Of a stretch of 64,000 nucleotides of DNA, positions 14,001-26,699 are shown in pieces. The stretch is taken from positions 6,882,001-6,946,000 of the forward strand of contig JAQFVV010000008.1 of the NCBI GenBank assembly GCA_028023455.1. The letters are read 5' to 3'. Both the position numbers and the translations under genes were made by a program. Position 1 is the stretch's first letter, and each line of letters starts with the position of its first letter. The stretch is from Epiperipatus broadwayi. Taxonomy: Eukaryota > Animalia > Onychophora. Below the pieces are notes generated by a model. The model was not told where the DNA came from. It made no database searches and was given only the letters and a program-made list of their open reading frames with translations.

Positions 14001-14250
14001 TAAAATATTTTGAATTATAGAATAGAAACTATTTTAATTCCTTGTCTTTATTATTATTTATTGCTTTTTTTTTTTTGTTTATTGATTCCCAAGTTCTCTG
14101 TGGGTATGTTATTTTCTTATTGTTTATTATTATTTATCGTTTAAATACTCATAGTTAATTTCTTCTCTAATATCAATCTTTTTTCTTCCACATTTCTCAT
14201 TTTCTTACCCTTTAAATATCCATCATGCCTTTTATAGTTTATCTCATACT

Positions 14251-14422
14251 AATTGTATTTTATTAATAAATAATCCTTTTCTTTTTTTTGATTACTATCT
14301 TTAAAAATTCTAGCCTTATTCCTGTAATGTTCTATATCAATTGTATTTTATTAATAAATAATCTTTTTCTTTTTTTTGATTACTATCTTTAAAAATTCTA
14401 GACTTATTCCTGTAATATTCTT
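14251..14422. repeat. Two-copy tandem duplication, 88-bp period
   Basis: aattgtattttattaataaataat...cttattcctgtaat starts at 14251 and again at 14339. Confidence 0.8.
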
Positions 14423-15414
14423 TAAATTAAAATTTCTAAAAATTCTGATTCTTTCTCTTTGCTCTTACTAACTATTCAAAATCCTTTTCATATAAAGCTA
14501 TACACTCCAAACAAAAAATTTTAACAAATTTCTTTTTTAAATATAACTTTAATAATGAAAAATAATATCTCCACTCTTACTAAAAATCTATTAAGACATT
14601 GCATTTTATTCTAATATTTTAGTAGATAATTTCATAATCAGTTAAATAACTTTAATATATTTAAAAGCCCTGATATTAAACTTTTTTTTTTACTTTCTCT
14701 ATCTATACTTTATTGTATTTATTTTATCCTGAAATTTCTATTCATTTCACTCATTTTGCCTGATACTTTGTTAAGCACAAATTTTTGTTATCAGGAAGTA
14801 TTATCATATCAGCAAATAAATTTCCCTGTCTCCAATGCCAATTCAACTCTTACTGAACCCTCTTCATATAACTATGCAATCTATAAATATTAAAAATTAA
14901 ATAACATAATTTTCTTACAACTACCCTCTCTGATTATTTTAATAAATACAAATCTTAATCTTAAAGTTTCTATAAAAATATAAATTGTTAAAATACCCTG
15001 TCTATTTTTAATGGTGTGCTCTTTTAAACAACTGATTTAAAAAACTATTTGTTATTCTAAATCAGTGCTCATGGATGACAAACAATAAAAAAATAAACTT
15101 TACTTATATACTATCTGCTAACAGTAATAATCCATAATAAGATATAATAACTACGCATAATATATATATACCAACAATGTTAATGTTCTATTCACCAAAT
15201 TTTATCAATTTGTATGTTAAATCATAGAGAATAAATTATAAGTACTTTTAATTGCTAGTACATGCTAATTATTATTTTTATTGTTATATATTTATAGCTG
15301 TTAAGCTAATAAATATAAATAATTTTTTCAGTATTAACCATTGTAATGATAATTAAAATTTTTAGTCAAACTTGATAGAAGAAATAAAAAATTGTCATAT
15401 ATTAAAAACCTTTT

Positions 15415-16566
15415 ATGCAGCAAATCCTACTCCACTTGTATTTCCAATATTTGTGCCTTTATAATAGAGTACATGTCCGTTTTTTAAATCAATTGTCACT
15501 TCACCTTTTCTTCTAACTTCACAAAGTCAATAATGTCCTATTTAATATAAGGCAGTTCTTCTTCTAATTCTTGCAATCTTCCTTCACTTGAACGTGATCT
15601 GCAGTTGTAAGTACCTAAATAAAAAGTCATCATCAAATGTCAGCCTGGGTCCGCAATCAGGGAAAAGTCAACATTGAGAAGGGTCTAAGACAGGGTGACT
15701 CCATATCTCCAAAACTTTTTACAGTAGTACTGCAAGAAGTATTTTGTGAATTAAAATGGGAAGCTAAAGGAGTGAAAGTAAATGGAGATTATTTAAGTCA
15801 TTTAAATTTTGCAGATGATGTAATTGTTTTTGCAAATAATGCTTTAGAGCTGCAGGAAATGTTGCAGGAGTTATCAGATGAAAATATGAAAGTAGGACTA
15901 AAAATAAATGTTAAAAAGACTAAAGTAATGTTTAATCGATTTTCTCAAAATATGAAAATAAAAATTGATTATAATGAGTTAGAAGAAGTTAACAGTTACA
16001 AATACCTTGGTCGGATTATTAATATAGATGGAAACATAATGGATGAAATTAATCATAGATTTGGTAGAAATAACTTGATACTAAAAGGAAATATGTCTGT
16101 TTGAAAAGGAAGGTTTTTAATAAATGTGTTTTACCAGTTCTTACTTATGGATCTGAGACTTGGACACTTAATAGAAGAGCAATACAGAGACTTCAGACTA
16201 CTCAAAGAAGTATGGAGAGATGCATGTTGGGAGTAACAAGAAGAGATCGAAAACGCAATGTATGGGTAAGAGTACAAACAGGTGTTACTGATCTTATTGA
16301 AAAAATTAAGATTGAAAGTGGAGTTGGGCTTTACATATTGCTAGAAGAGATGATAATAGATGGACAATTGGAAATCTTAAACTGGATTCCAAGAGATTGT
16401 AAAAGACCCAGAAAGCAACCATATGCTAGATGGATGGATGAAATAAGAAAGTGTGCAGGGGTGATGTGGAGAAGAGAAGCTAAAGATCAGAGAAGATGGA
16501 TTGAACTTGGAGAGACCTTCACCCTGCAGTGGATTGATATTGGTTGATGATGATGATGCAGCAAAT
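15415..16566 (+). mobile_element. RTE-clade ('family A') LINE insertion with inverted 5' segment, flanked by an 11-bp TSD
   Basis: The minus strand of ~15426-15660 encodes an APE N-terminus (GTYNCRS..EGRLQELEEEL..GVGF); the plus strand of 15661-16547 encodes the RT C-half (QGDSISPKLF, FADD, YKYLG, YGSETW) then a (GAT)n tail; ATGCAGCAAAT at 15415-15425 and 16556-16566. Confidence 0.85.
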
Positions 16567-19359
16567 TTATGAATTTGGATCAGACATCTTGACTTGATTT
16601 GAAAATTAGTAAAAATTATATATATAAAGTTATGATAACAACAAACTATCATGAATAATGATTTAGCATAAACAACTGGTTGTAGCATTTTATTGCCTAG
16701 TTATTCCAACTAGCCTTTGGGCAGAGACCTTTACATACATAAACACATATCAACATACATTATTCTTTTAATAAAATGTTTAATAATGATATTTAAATTT
16801 CATTAAAAACAGTTATACATAAACTGCTAATGCATTTTTAAATGTGAATCCATTTTTTTCTGATCTTTCTCATATCTTATGGTAGTCAAGCTTATTAGAT
16901 TTTTTATGTACTAGATATTTAGGTATCAATATAGTTTCAGTCCATCTGTCAACTCTCATTATATTTAAATACGTGTTAGATAATCTCTTCATAAAAATTA
17001 CAGAAAGACTTCTACAAATTAGACAATAGAGAAGCTAATCTTGTTTTATTCCCCATTAAATTAATCTTTACCAAGAATCATCAATAATGACAAATTTTAT
17101 TATGATGATGATGAAGTTCTTAAGCAATTATTAATAACATGTAGCTCTATAAACCAATGCCAAAAATGATCAAATATTACTGCTTAATCAGTGTATTTTT
17201 TTTTGTTATCTTAAAGTTTACAATCATCAACTCGTGAATTTAATGAAAGAATCAAAGATAGAAAGTATTAATTTTGAATAAGTCAGTGATTATTTTATAC
17301 ATACACAGACAGATTCATAAATTTTAAATATTAAATATCGATCGTTGAAATGAATACCAAATATTTTGATTCTGAAAGTACTACATGATATCAATGTTAT
17401 ACATCTTTCAAATTACTTAATGACTTCAATTAGATATATCTTTCAAACAGATATGTGTGAATGGTAATAATTCCTACAAATTGAGTAGATTCTTATTATT
17501 TCTAATTATACTCCACATTTACTCATTAAAAATGTTTTATCTTCTATTTCACATTGAACACTAAGTCAAGAAAATAAAAATAAAATCTTCTTTCTCACTA
17601 TTTTTTCCCTCAACAGCATAGTTAAAAACCAAATTGACTTAGTCACAGATTACTCTATGAACCATGCAAGTAATACATTTAGAAAATCAGTTATTTCCAC
17701 AATTCAATAGTAGTGTTATATTATTTAATAATGATAACTAATCTACATGAAGAGACAATATAAAGTTATAAAATTTCTAAACTCAATTCCTCAGTTCACT
17801 GTGTTCAGTTATATATATATCAAATACAAGAAAACATAATATAAACAATGTTTTCATATACAGATAGATACAAAATGCAATTACAAATGCAGATACAATA
17901 GGATCAAAGATTTAATAATACAGTATTAAAAATAGTGATAGCTTTAAGGTTAGACTTGCTATGTTATTTTAGGAGATAAATATTTTCTCTGTTATTTTAG
18001 GAGACAAATATCTATCTATCATCTCTTGTTCCCTCTTGACATAAATAATTTCTTCAAATCAGTTGAATTACCAAATTCAATGATGAATTTGGTTGGTCAT
18101 CAGAAACAATGTTCAAGGCAAAAGCTGAAGAGAGTTTATTTATATGTGCAAAGTCTTTTATATAGTTAAAGATTTATTCTTTGAAGTTCACAATTAATTT
18201 CTGAAAGTCTTAATTAGATTTTCTAATAATATTCAAGATTTAAAATACAAATCATTTACACAGAATTAAAATTTAATTACGAATGACATTAATAAACTTC
18301 TCTGAAATTATTATAGACACCATTTTTAAGTCTATTTAAAGTTATATATTATTTCTCTCAATTATATTTTAGCTTTTAAACATAAACAAAGATCTGATAG
18401 ATGATTGTGTAGTAAAATTCATATTAAAGAAGTGTTTAAGAGCAATTTCGAAAGACATATCTTTCTTTCCTAAATCATAAACGATGTTATACTAAAGAGT
18501 CAAACATTTATTTTTTTATTCCGATTTCAAATGACATCTATTTTAGAATTTAACGAAACTCAAAGTACTTATAAACATAAAACTAGATATCGTTTTCATG
18601 TATCTGATGAAAAATCATTTTATATTTATAAATACAATAGCATTATATTAAAAATTTAATACAATAATAGTAATATAGTTTTAAAATGCAATACTTACCC
18701 GTGGACATTAAATTCGATTACACAAGTTATTTTTATGGAGCTTTTACATGGCATGTAAAATGAATCATATATTAATCAAAACTGCTATAAAAATTATCAT
18801 TTCCATTTTAAAATAATAATGTATTAACAAGATTTATCAAAGAAACATTTTAAGTTTTCAATTTTTTTATTTCACCATACATGCAGTAAAATTATAAATT
18901 CACGAGTAAATAACAGCAGATGTTTTTTTAATAGTCAAGTGTTTATATTTTCTACAATTTCATATTAAATCATTTCTCTAAAATATTTTATTTATTTCAT
19001 GAATTAATATATAAAGAAAAACGCACAAGAAAACTTTATTAATATTTTTGAACTTAGATTACTTCACAAGGTCAAAAGTAGAAAAAAAATAAGACTGCCA
19101 AACTTATTGCGATTCATTATTAGATTTAAATATATATGTAAAAAAAAAAAAAAAATTACATGTTTTCAGACAAAAAAAAATTGCCTTGAATTAATGTTTA
19201 TTTAAAAATAATTTCTATATACATTATGGTTATCAAGTTAGCAACGTATTATAACGTTTAAAAAGACAAACGTTAAACTGCATAATCACCAACACGTAAA
19301 CAAAACATACATTTATAGAGTCACATTAAAATAAAATTTGTATAAAACTATTCTCTTAC

Positions 19360-19524
19360 CCAATCTGAACCTGAAGAATGCGGTTTCGACTTAGTTTTTA
19401 TTTTTTCTCCAAGCCTTGACTGTACAATAATTTGAATAGTTTTAAAAACTAAATATTTTGTGAATTTGTCCAAGTCTTTACGATCTTGAGCACTAAGTTT
19501 GAGAGACAAGTTATGAGATGCCAT
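19360..19524 (-). CDS. ATG13: Autophagy-related protein 13, first coding exon (HORMA-domain N-terminus, 55 aa)
   Basis: [55 protein letters not shown] matches the metazoan ATG13 N-terminus ([10 protein letters not shown]...IVQARLGEK...GSDW); GTAAGA donor follows, phase 0. No further exon recognised in 1-19359. Confidence 0.93.
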
Positions 19525-19843
19525 ATTTACTTCTTTCATTACAATATATAAAAAAACGTTAAAAAACAAATCGAGAAATATTAAAATAAATCTTCATAAG
19601 AAATAATAAAGCACGATTTTGGTCATTCCTAAGAAAATTTGAAGAAATAAAATGGATTTCTTTTATAGTATTTCCCGATTTTACTACGTTTTCCGCAGCC
19701 ATCTTGACAATTTTTCGACCACAATTCTTAGCAATAGTTTATTTCCGGTAAAATTCTTAAATCTATTCTTGGAAGTTTGTTTACATTCTTTCTTTTTTTT
19801 TTTGCCCCTTTCCATTTATTTCGTTTTATTGATTCAAATTCTA
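19525..19843. promoter_or_regulatory. Shared divergent promoter / 5' UTR region of ATG13 and PGAP2
   Basis: 319 bp between opposite-strand ATGs; CpG dinucleotides are retained here against a depleted background. Confidence 0.7.
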
Positions 19844-19987
19844 ATGTCTCAGAGTACCTTTTTAATAGAAATAAGATTTACTGTAATTGCTGTCGTTACT
19901 GTTTTATTTCCTTTCGTATCCCTTATTATTTGTGTATTTTTATCTTTAGTGTACAATTTTAAAGAATCCACAGCCACCCATTGCCAT
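19844..19987 (+). CDS. PGAP2: PGAP2 (Frag1/DRAM/Sfk1 family), coding exon 1 (48 aa)
   Basis: MSQSTFLIEIRFTVIAVVTVLFPFVSLIICVFLSLVYNFKESTATHCH then GTAAGT; joins in phase 0 to VPNYLPS, reproducing the PGAP2 motif TxTHCxVPNYLPSVS. Confidence 0.9.
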
Positions 19988-20599
19988 GTAAGTATTACTT
20001 CTGTTTAATAGTTGGAAATTATGTGTTTAGAAAAAAAATTTTTTTAAAAAAAAGACATTTGATGTGTATTACATTTTGCCTAATATTAATCAAAAAATAC
20101 ATTGATCAAAATAAAAATGTTATTTTCATGGATTTTTGTTGTTTGTTTGTTTTGAAATTCACAGTAGAACAAATTAATCAAATATTTAATTATATGTACA
20201 TACAGGTTTTTTTTAATGATAAATCACAATAATTTTTAAATGATCCCATGCAGGTGTGAATAGCGCTAGACTCAAGTTTCGCTTCACATGGGGCGATCTA
20301 CGGTGTAAAGTAATATCGTTTGCAAAATAAATACAAATATAAAAATATATATATTATTTTTTCACGCGTTGTTTCTATACCAAATACTTATCTATACGCA
20401 GTATATGTCATAAAATTTAATTACAGAAGATATGACTAAATAGAGTTTAGTAATACATCGTTTTATTTGAACAATCAGTAAAAGAAAGGTTCGCCGACGA
20501 ACTATTTTCACGCTTAAGTGACATGCCCTGCAGGAATCGACATGGGACTTTTCATGTCATAAACCTGTGAAGTTCTCATAGTGTATAGAAAGAAGAGAC

Positions 20600-21130
20600 A
20601 TTGAGGGTTGATACTTTGAAAGTGTCATTGAAAAATGAAGGGAAATTAGAAACTTTTGAAGATGAAATGAAAATTAATAAGATAGATATTATTTGGGGAT
20701 GTTATTGTTTATCACTGTTAGAAAGTAAGTTTGGAATATTGTGCTAAAGATAGATTATGTTGATAAATGCATGATAAAAATTTAGTATTTAAACAAGTTT
20801 ATAAGCTAACTTCAGTCATGATGGTGTAAAAATAGATGAAAGATATAAAAATGTAGGAAATAACAAACAAGAAGATTAAAATGTATATATATATTGCTGA
20901 TAGGCAATTAGAATGCTTTTGTGAAAAAGATAAGGAAAGAAAAATCGTTGAGAATTAAAATATTGTGAAATCTATTGAAAGAGATAGTTGGCTTGCAGCA
21001 TTGTGAATAGAGAATAAATTTTGTGGTTGCAATTACTTCATTTAAAAATTATCCAAGAATGTTATTGCATGGAAAGCTCCAGGTAATAAAGGTTATCACA
21101 TAGATTATATGATGATATGAATAGTTGGCT
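20600..21130 (+). mobile_element. Highly decayed LINE relic (endonuclease start and RT tail pieces)
   Basis: LKNEGKLETFEDEMKINKIDII resembles an APE N-terminus; weak RT C-terminal similarity follows. Confidence 0.35.
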
Positions 21131-21149
21131 GCAGAAAGGAGTTGCTGTT

Positions 21150-24130
21150 AAGTAAAAGGAAACTCTTTGATTCCTTTTCAATGTCTTAAAGAAACCAAGC
21201 AGGGAAAATCCCTAAGGTCTATTCCATATACTCTTCTTGTTGCAGCTGTATACAAACACTGCTAGATTGCTCACTAACATGTTATCAGATAGCATGGTGA
21301 CCTCTTGAGTTTAAAATCAAGAAACACTATAATCTTTCTTTTCAGGTGCCTGGTAATTCTTAACAGAAACATATATTGCGTATTTGAAGGAATAATGCAT
21401 ATATCTGAATGGATTTTTTAAAAAAAATTTAATATAGATATTTACAATCACAATAGATAACTTTAAATTATGGGCCTTATTTCCAGGAGACTGTACAGTC
21501 ATCAGCCAAGGGAGTGATTGGCAGCTGAAAGCAGAGAATGCTAAGAATCTCCTTACAGAACCCTGCCATTAAATGATCTTTTATTTAGTAACATACAACT
21601 ATAGATCACTTTCACATGAAGAAATATTCTATGAATTGCAAGAACTGTCTAATATTAAATGAACATTATTGAACTTTGTGAAGTTACAAGAAAAAGTAAA
21701 GAGATAATTGATTTTAAAAATGGTCATATACTTAGTACAAAAGCACAAATATTGCAATCTCAAATGGAATTGGATTCATTATAAATAAAAGTGGAAGAAC
21801 AACATTGTGACGATTGATGATGTATTATACAGAGTTACAATTAATTATTCAATTAATGGAAAATATCAAATGCAGATAATGCAGGTTTATGCCATAACAA
21901 GTTCTTGTTGTGCTGAAGAAGTAGAGGAAATTTATATGAATGTACAAAAGACTTTTGATCAGACCAAATAACATTTTTAAATTGTCATGGGAGACTTTAT
22001 TGCTAGAATTGGTAAACAACTGGAAGATTAAAATTATTGTGGGTAAATTTTATTGTGGTGATTGAAATGAGAGAGGGCACAGACTTGTAGAATTTGCAGG
22101 ATAAAATATATTATGAATTCATTTTTTGAGAAAAATACGAAATGGACATGCAAACATCCAAATAAAAGTAAATCAGAATTGGAATATATTTTGGTTAATA
22201 GAAAATATACATTTCAAGATTGTAAGGTTCTTAATAAATTCAACACAGGAAATAGTCATTGCTTAGTGAAATATAAGTACATGTTAATGCAAAGCCAGAG
22301 AGACTAAACCTATTATGGAAAATTATATTCGCAGTTGATATTCCTAATCTTCAGCAATGATTTAAATTAGAACTTGCAAATCATTTTAAAATATTAACAG
22401 ATTTTTAAAATAATGCAGATTTGAATGAAATTAATACTATAACAAGACAGTTGTGACAAAGAAGCAGAAATTTATAAGTAAATTTTCTATTGAGACAAGA
22501 CAATGTATGGAAAAAAGAAGAAATATGGAAGTATACGAAAATGATCCATTAAAAAGAATTGAATACCTAGAGTTTTGAAAATGGTAGGGGAAAAAAAGTT
22601 AATAATGACATAACATATAATTAATGATTTAACAAGGATAGCTATAGAAGAGAATAATTTTCAAAAGTGTAAAACAATATCTTTGTTGGTAAAAAATTTA
22701 TTTTTACAATAAGAAGAAAAAATGGAATTGTTATTAATAAGAGAGATGATATCATGAAATGTGTGAAAGAGTTCTATAAAGAATTACATAACGATATAGA
22801 GCAAGAGAGCAAAGTATATGTACAATTAGTACATCTTCTGAATTGTCTACAATTCTAAATAAAGAAGTGAGATGTGCAATTAAATCTTTGAAGAAGAGAA
22901 AACCTCTGGGTAATATAATCAATATCTTAAAAGAAGCAGATGAAGAAATAGAAAAATTATTAGCCAAGTTATATACCAAATGTTTAAATGATAAAAATAT
23001 ACCAAATGAATGGTAGAATGCAATAATAATATTAATATTTTTAAAGAAGTGGAAAAGCAAATATTAGAAATTAATTTTATTACTTCTATACGAAATTTTT
23101 ATCAAGATAATTATCAATCAAAAGACCAAGTTAAATTGAAAAGTGGTTTTAGCACAGTGGATCAAATTCATGTATTGAAAGAAATTAATAGAAAGAACCA
23201 ATAAATATGAGTTGTCATTACACTTTTGATTTGAAGATTGTGAAAAGGCATATGATTCTATAAGTATTTCTACTGTGATTAGAGCACTTTGTCATTAAAA
23301 TATAGATACAGAGTATTATTATATTCTTAAAAATATTTATTAAGAAGGGTGTATGACAGGCTGATTCCATGTCTTCTAAACTTTTTACAGTAGTTTTACA
23401 AAAAATATTTTGGGGATTAAGATAGAAATACAAGAGAGTAAAAGTAAATGGAGAATATTTAAGTCATCTAGATTTTTGCAGATGATATAGTTTTTTGTGC
23501 ACATAATGTTTCAGACCTTCACAAAATGTTGCAAGAGTTATCTGATAAAAATAAGAAAGTGGGAATAAAGATTAATGATTAAAAGACTAAAGTAATGTTC
23601 AATGGATTTTTTCAAAAGAAGAAATAAAGATTGATAATTATGAATTTGAAAAAGTTAACAAGTATAAATACCTAGATCAGATCATTAATATCGATGCAAA
23701 ACATAATGGATGAAATTAATTACAGAATTAAACTTGGGTAGAGTGCTTTTATTAGAAATAATATTTTTAAAAAAATGTCTGTGTTGGAAATGGAATGTTT
23801 TTGATAAATTTGTTTTATCAGTTTATACTTATGAAAAGATATAAGGAATAACAAGAAGGGACTGAAAACAAAATACGTAGGTGAGAAAACAGGCAGGTAT
23901 TATTGGCATTATTGAATGAGTTAAGAGGCTGAAATGACCTGGTAATAGATGAACAGTTGAAATCTTAAACTGGATCACAAAAGATTGTAAAATATCCAGA
24001 AAAAAACACATATGAGATGAATGGATGAAATAAGATAGTTTGCTGGTATCATTTGGATACAAAAAGCTAAAGATCAGAGAAACCAGATTAAACTTGGAGA
24101 GATCTTTAGCCTGCAGTGGATTAAAAATGA
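21150..24130 (+). mobile_element. Near full-length decayed RTE family A LINE (5' UTR, APE, RT)
   Basis: APE pieces (IVMGDF.ARIG, NSFFEK..KWT), RT pieces (GFSTVDQIH, DSMSSKLFT, F.DDI, YKYL); 5' UTR aligns with the reverse complement of ~37400-37890; RT 3' end matches 15661-16550. Confidence 0.85.
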
Positions 24131-24724
24131 TGACAGTGTAGCTATAAAAATGCTATTAAAAGCTGACATACTTTGTCTGATCATAATATGGTTACGGCAA
24201 AATTAATATTCTAAAAAGTTTGAAAAGAAGGAAAATATATATATAAGATGAGACTTGGTTAAAGTGAGAAGAATAGAGAAAGGAAAGATTTGTTTCATAT
24301 GTGAAAAAATAATAGATTGTTACAAATGAGGAACATGCAAATGGTTTTTTGGTGTAGAATTAAAGAGAGAATATTAAAAACAGCAAAGAATACAATAAGA
24401 ACTATTGAATTAAGGAAAGCTATGTGGTTGAATAATGGAAGAAATGTTGAAAAAGATAATCATAAAGAGATGATGGAAAAATATCAATAATAAGAAAGGT
24501 TAAAAGCCAATATCATCACATGATCACCAATATGTATAGAGAGTTTTGCCTATTTTAAGAAAGGTTAAAGGAATGAGGAAAGTTAAAAATTATCTTTATT
24601 TCAATTATATTAAAACTTCTATTAGATACACTGTCTTATTAACACTTCACAGTAGATCATTCTTTCCCTAGTGCAATTTTGAACATGTTACATCAGTTCA
24701 AAAGTAACTGCAGTATGAGAAACA

Positions 24725-25070
24725 ATGGCTGCACCACTTGTAGTTTGCATGAAAGAGGAGCAGCATGCAATGATCTGTTTTTTGTCATGTGAGGATATCT
24801 GATGTTGATATTTATCAAAGACTTAATTTCACAGTATGGAAAAAGTATTTTATCATGAAAAAGTGTGTATGGTTGGATAGAGAAGCTCATGGAAGACTGC
24901 ATAAGTATCAACCATGAAGAGAGAATCAGACACTCATCCATATCCATGACTGATGACAATATTGAGCATGCATGTGAATTGATTGTTGAATAGATAAGTA
25001 ACAGTGGTCTATATGGCAAATCAATCATGGCTTTATCCATGGAAGAACATCAACAAATATTTTGACTTCT
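24725..25070 (+). pseudogene. Mariner transposase N-terminal (HTH) fragment
   Basis: MAAPLVVCMKEEQHAMICFL...DIYQRLNSQYGKSIL..KSVYGWIEK...SISMTDDNIEHACELI fits the mariner HTH region; stops and frameshifts present. Confidence 0.6.
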
Positions 25071-25744
25071 GCAAACAAAATTTGGACTAATATCCCAAGG
25101 AAAGTGAAAATAATGAGACATGGATTTGTCACTATAAGTCTGAAAGAAGCCCTATGAGAATGAAGATTCATGTCTCATGCAGAGGGAAAGACAAATGTAC
25201 ATTACTAGCTAGCAGCTCAGCCTAAAATATTTCTTAATGAAAGAATATTAAAGCTTATTCATAATTGGATAAAGTGTATTCAATAGCTGGGAGATCTTTT
25301 CTAAAAATTAATTAATATAAATTCTGGAGCCAGAATGTGGACAATTTTTGATTTAGCTTTGTAGAAAAATTAATAATGTAACAGATTTGGTAAAAGAAAA
25401 ATGGTTGGAACAGGAATATAGAGAGAGAAAAAAAAATACTTCAGCAGGTAAAAAGTATAATCTGATATTCAATAGAATTAAAAATATAATTTGTAAAAAT
25501 GAGAAATGATTAATGAGTGAAATTACTGGGAAAAAATTAACTGATAGAGTTGATATATTGAAAAAAATATTTTCAAGATCTGTTTAAAAGAAAATGATGT
25601 ACATAAACTGCTGAGATACATGAACAAGTTATGCATATATTGTTTAAGAAATAATTACATAACATTTCGAGTAGTATTATTCTCCACTCTTCTTTAAATG
25701 TTGCTGACCTGATATGCATAATGACAGTATTTGTTTAGAAGTTG

Positions 25745-25815
25745 AACTTGCACCTTTAGATACTTAAATGTTGAATTTAAGGCAAATGCTCTAACCAACT
25801 GAGCTATTCTGTCAA
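25745..25815 (-). mobile_element. tRNA-derived SINE head
   Basis: Minus strand reads gaatagctcagttggttagagcatttg...ggtgcaagttcaa (A box, degenerate B box); no complete cloverleaf. Confidence 0.5.
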
Positions 25816-26699
25816 AGGCAACAGATAGTAGAAATTAGATATATTTATATATGAGAGTTGGTTCAACTCCTCCCGAGTCCTTCAACTTTTTTTTTTTTTT
25901 ATATAATATTAATTTTTCCTAAGAGCAAGATCAATTAGAGGCTTCCAAAAAGAAAAATTGAAGGACTCAGTTCTTAGTATTCTCTGTCTTCTTTCACTAT
26001 TTACTACTTTGGCATATAACTTTACTATTTCCAGGATGTGAAAGATACAATTTAATGCTATTTATCATATGTGTAAACATTTGAAAAGTTTGAATGATTC
26101 ATAGACAGACATACATAGATCATACTTTCAAAAATATTCAACTGATACATCATTTAAGAATTAATAATCATATGAAAAGAATGCCTGTGGTGTTTTATTA
26201 TCTTAAACTAACAGCAAAAACCAATAAACTACTTGTTTTGGAAGATGCATGATTAAGAGAAACTTATAGCCATTTATCTTGTAATAAAATCACTTTATAA
26301 TAACAGCTGCAATGCATGGGATCAGCATTATGAATTTTATCTATTCAACTTTTTTTATAAGATGTCTCAAAAGAATCAGGGGATATCTATTCAGGTAATA
26401 CACTTCTTTTGCACTTTTTGATGCATGTGTTAATTAATGGTTTTAATTGATGTTATTGACAACCATCAAAAATTAGTATGTCCATTCTAATTCTAGATGA
26501 AAAAAGAAAGAATTAGAAAGAGAAAAAAAAACAGGCAAATTTTGTGTTGACTATAAAATATATCTGTTAATCACAAATACATCTACATTTATTATATGCT
26601 GGTCTTTTATTTATTTGATATTGTGCAATGCTGTCTTATTTAATTATAGCTAGTCATTGTATTCTATTGTAAGCAATGTTTTCTTGATAAAAATAAACA

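Noticed and set aside
18690-18800. Second ATG13 exon suggested by a GTAAGT donor on the minus strand
   Set aside because: The upstream sequence has no ATG13-like translation (FNLAIKD expected); no further ATG13 exon was found in 1-19359.
19652-19843. Longer PGAP2 N-terminus from the ORF-track start at 19652
   Set aside because: Similarity to PGAP2 begins at the Met at 19844; the upstream part is low-complexity T-rich promoter/UTR sequence.
20480-20575. U11 snRNA or HDV-like ribozyme
   Set aside because: Only GGAATCGACAT (U11-like) and ATGGGAC (HDV-like) match; no Sm site or nested pseudoknot could be built.
21480-21515. Hammerhead core CTGATGA..GAAA on the antisense strand of the RTE 5' UTR
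   Set aside because: Stem II does not close properly and the homologous copy at ~37485 reads CTGGTGA.
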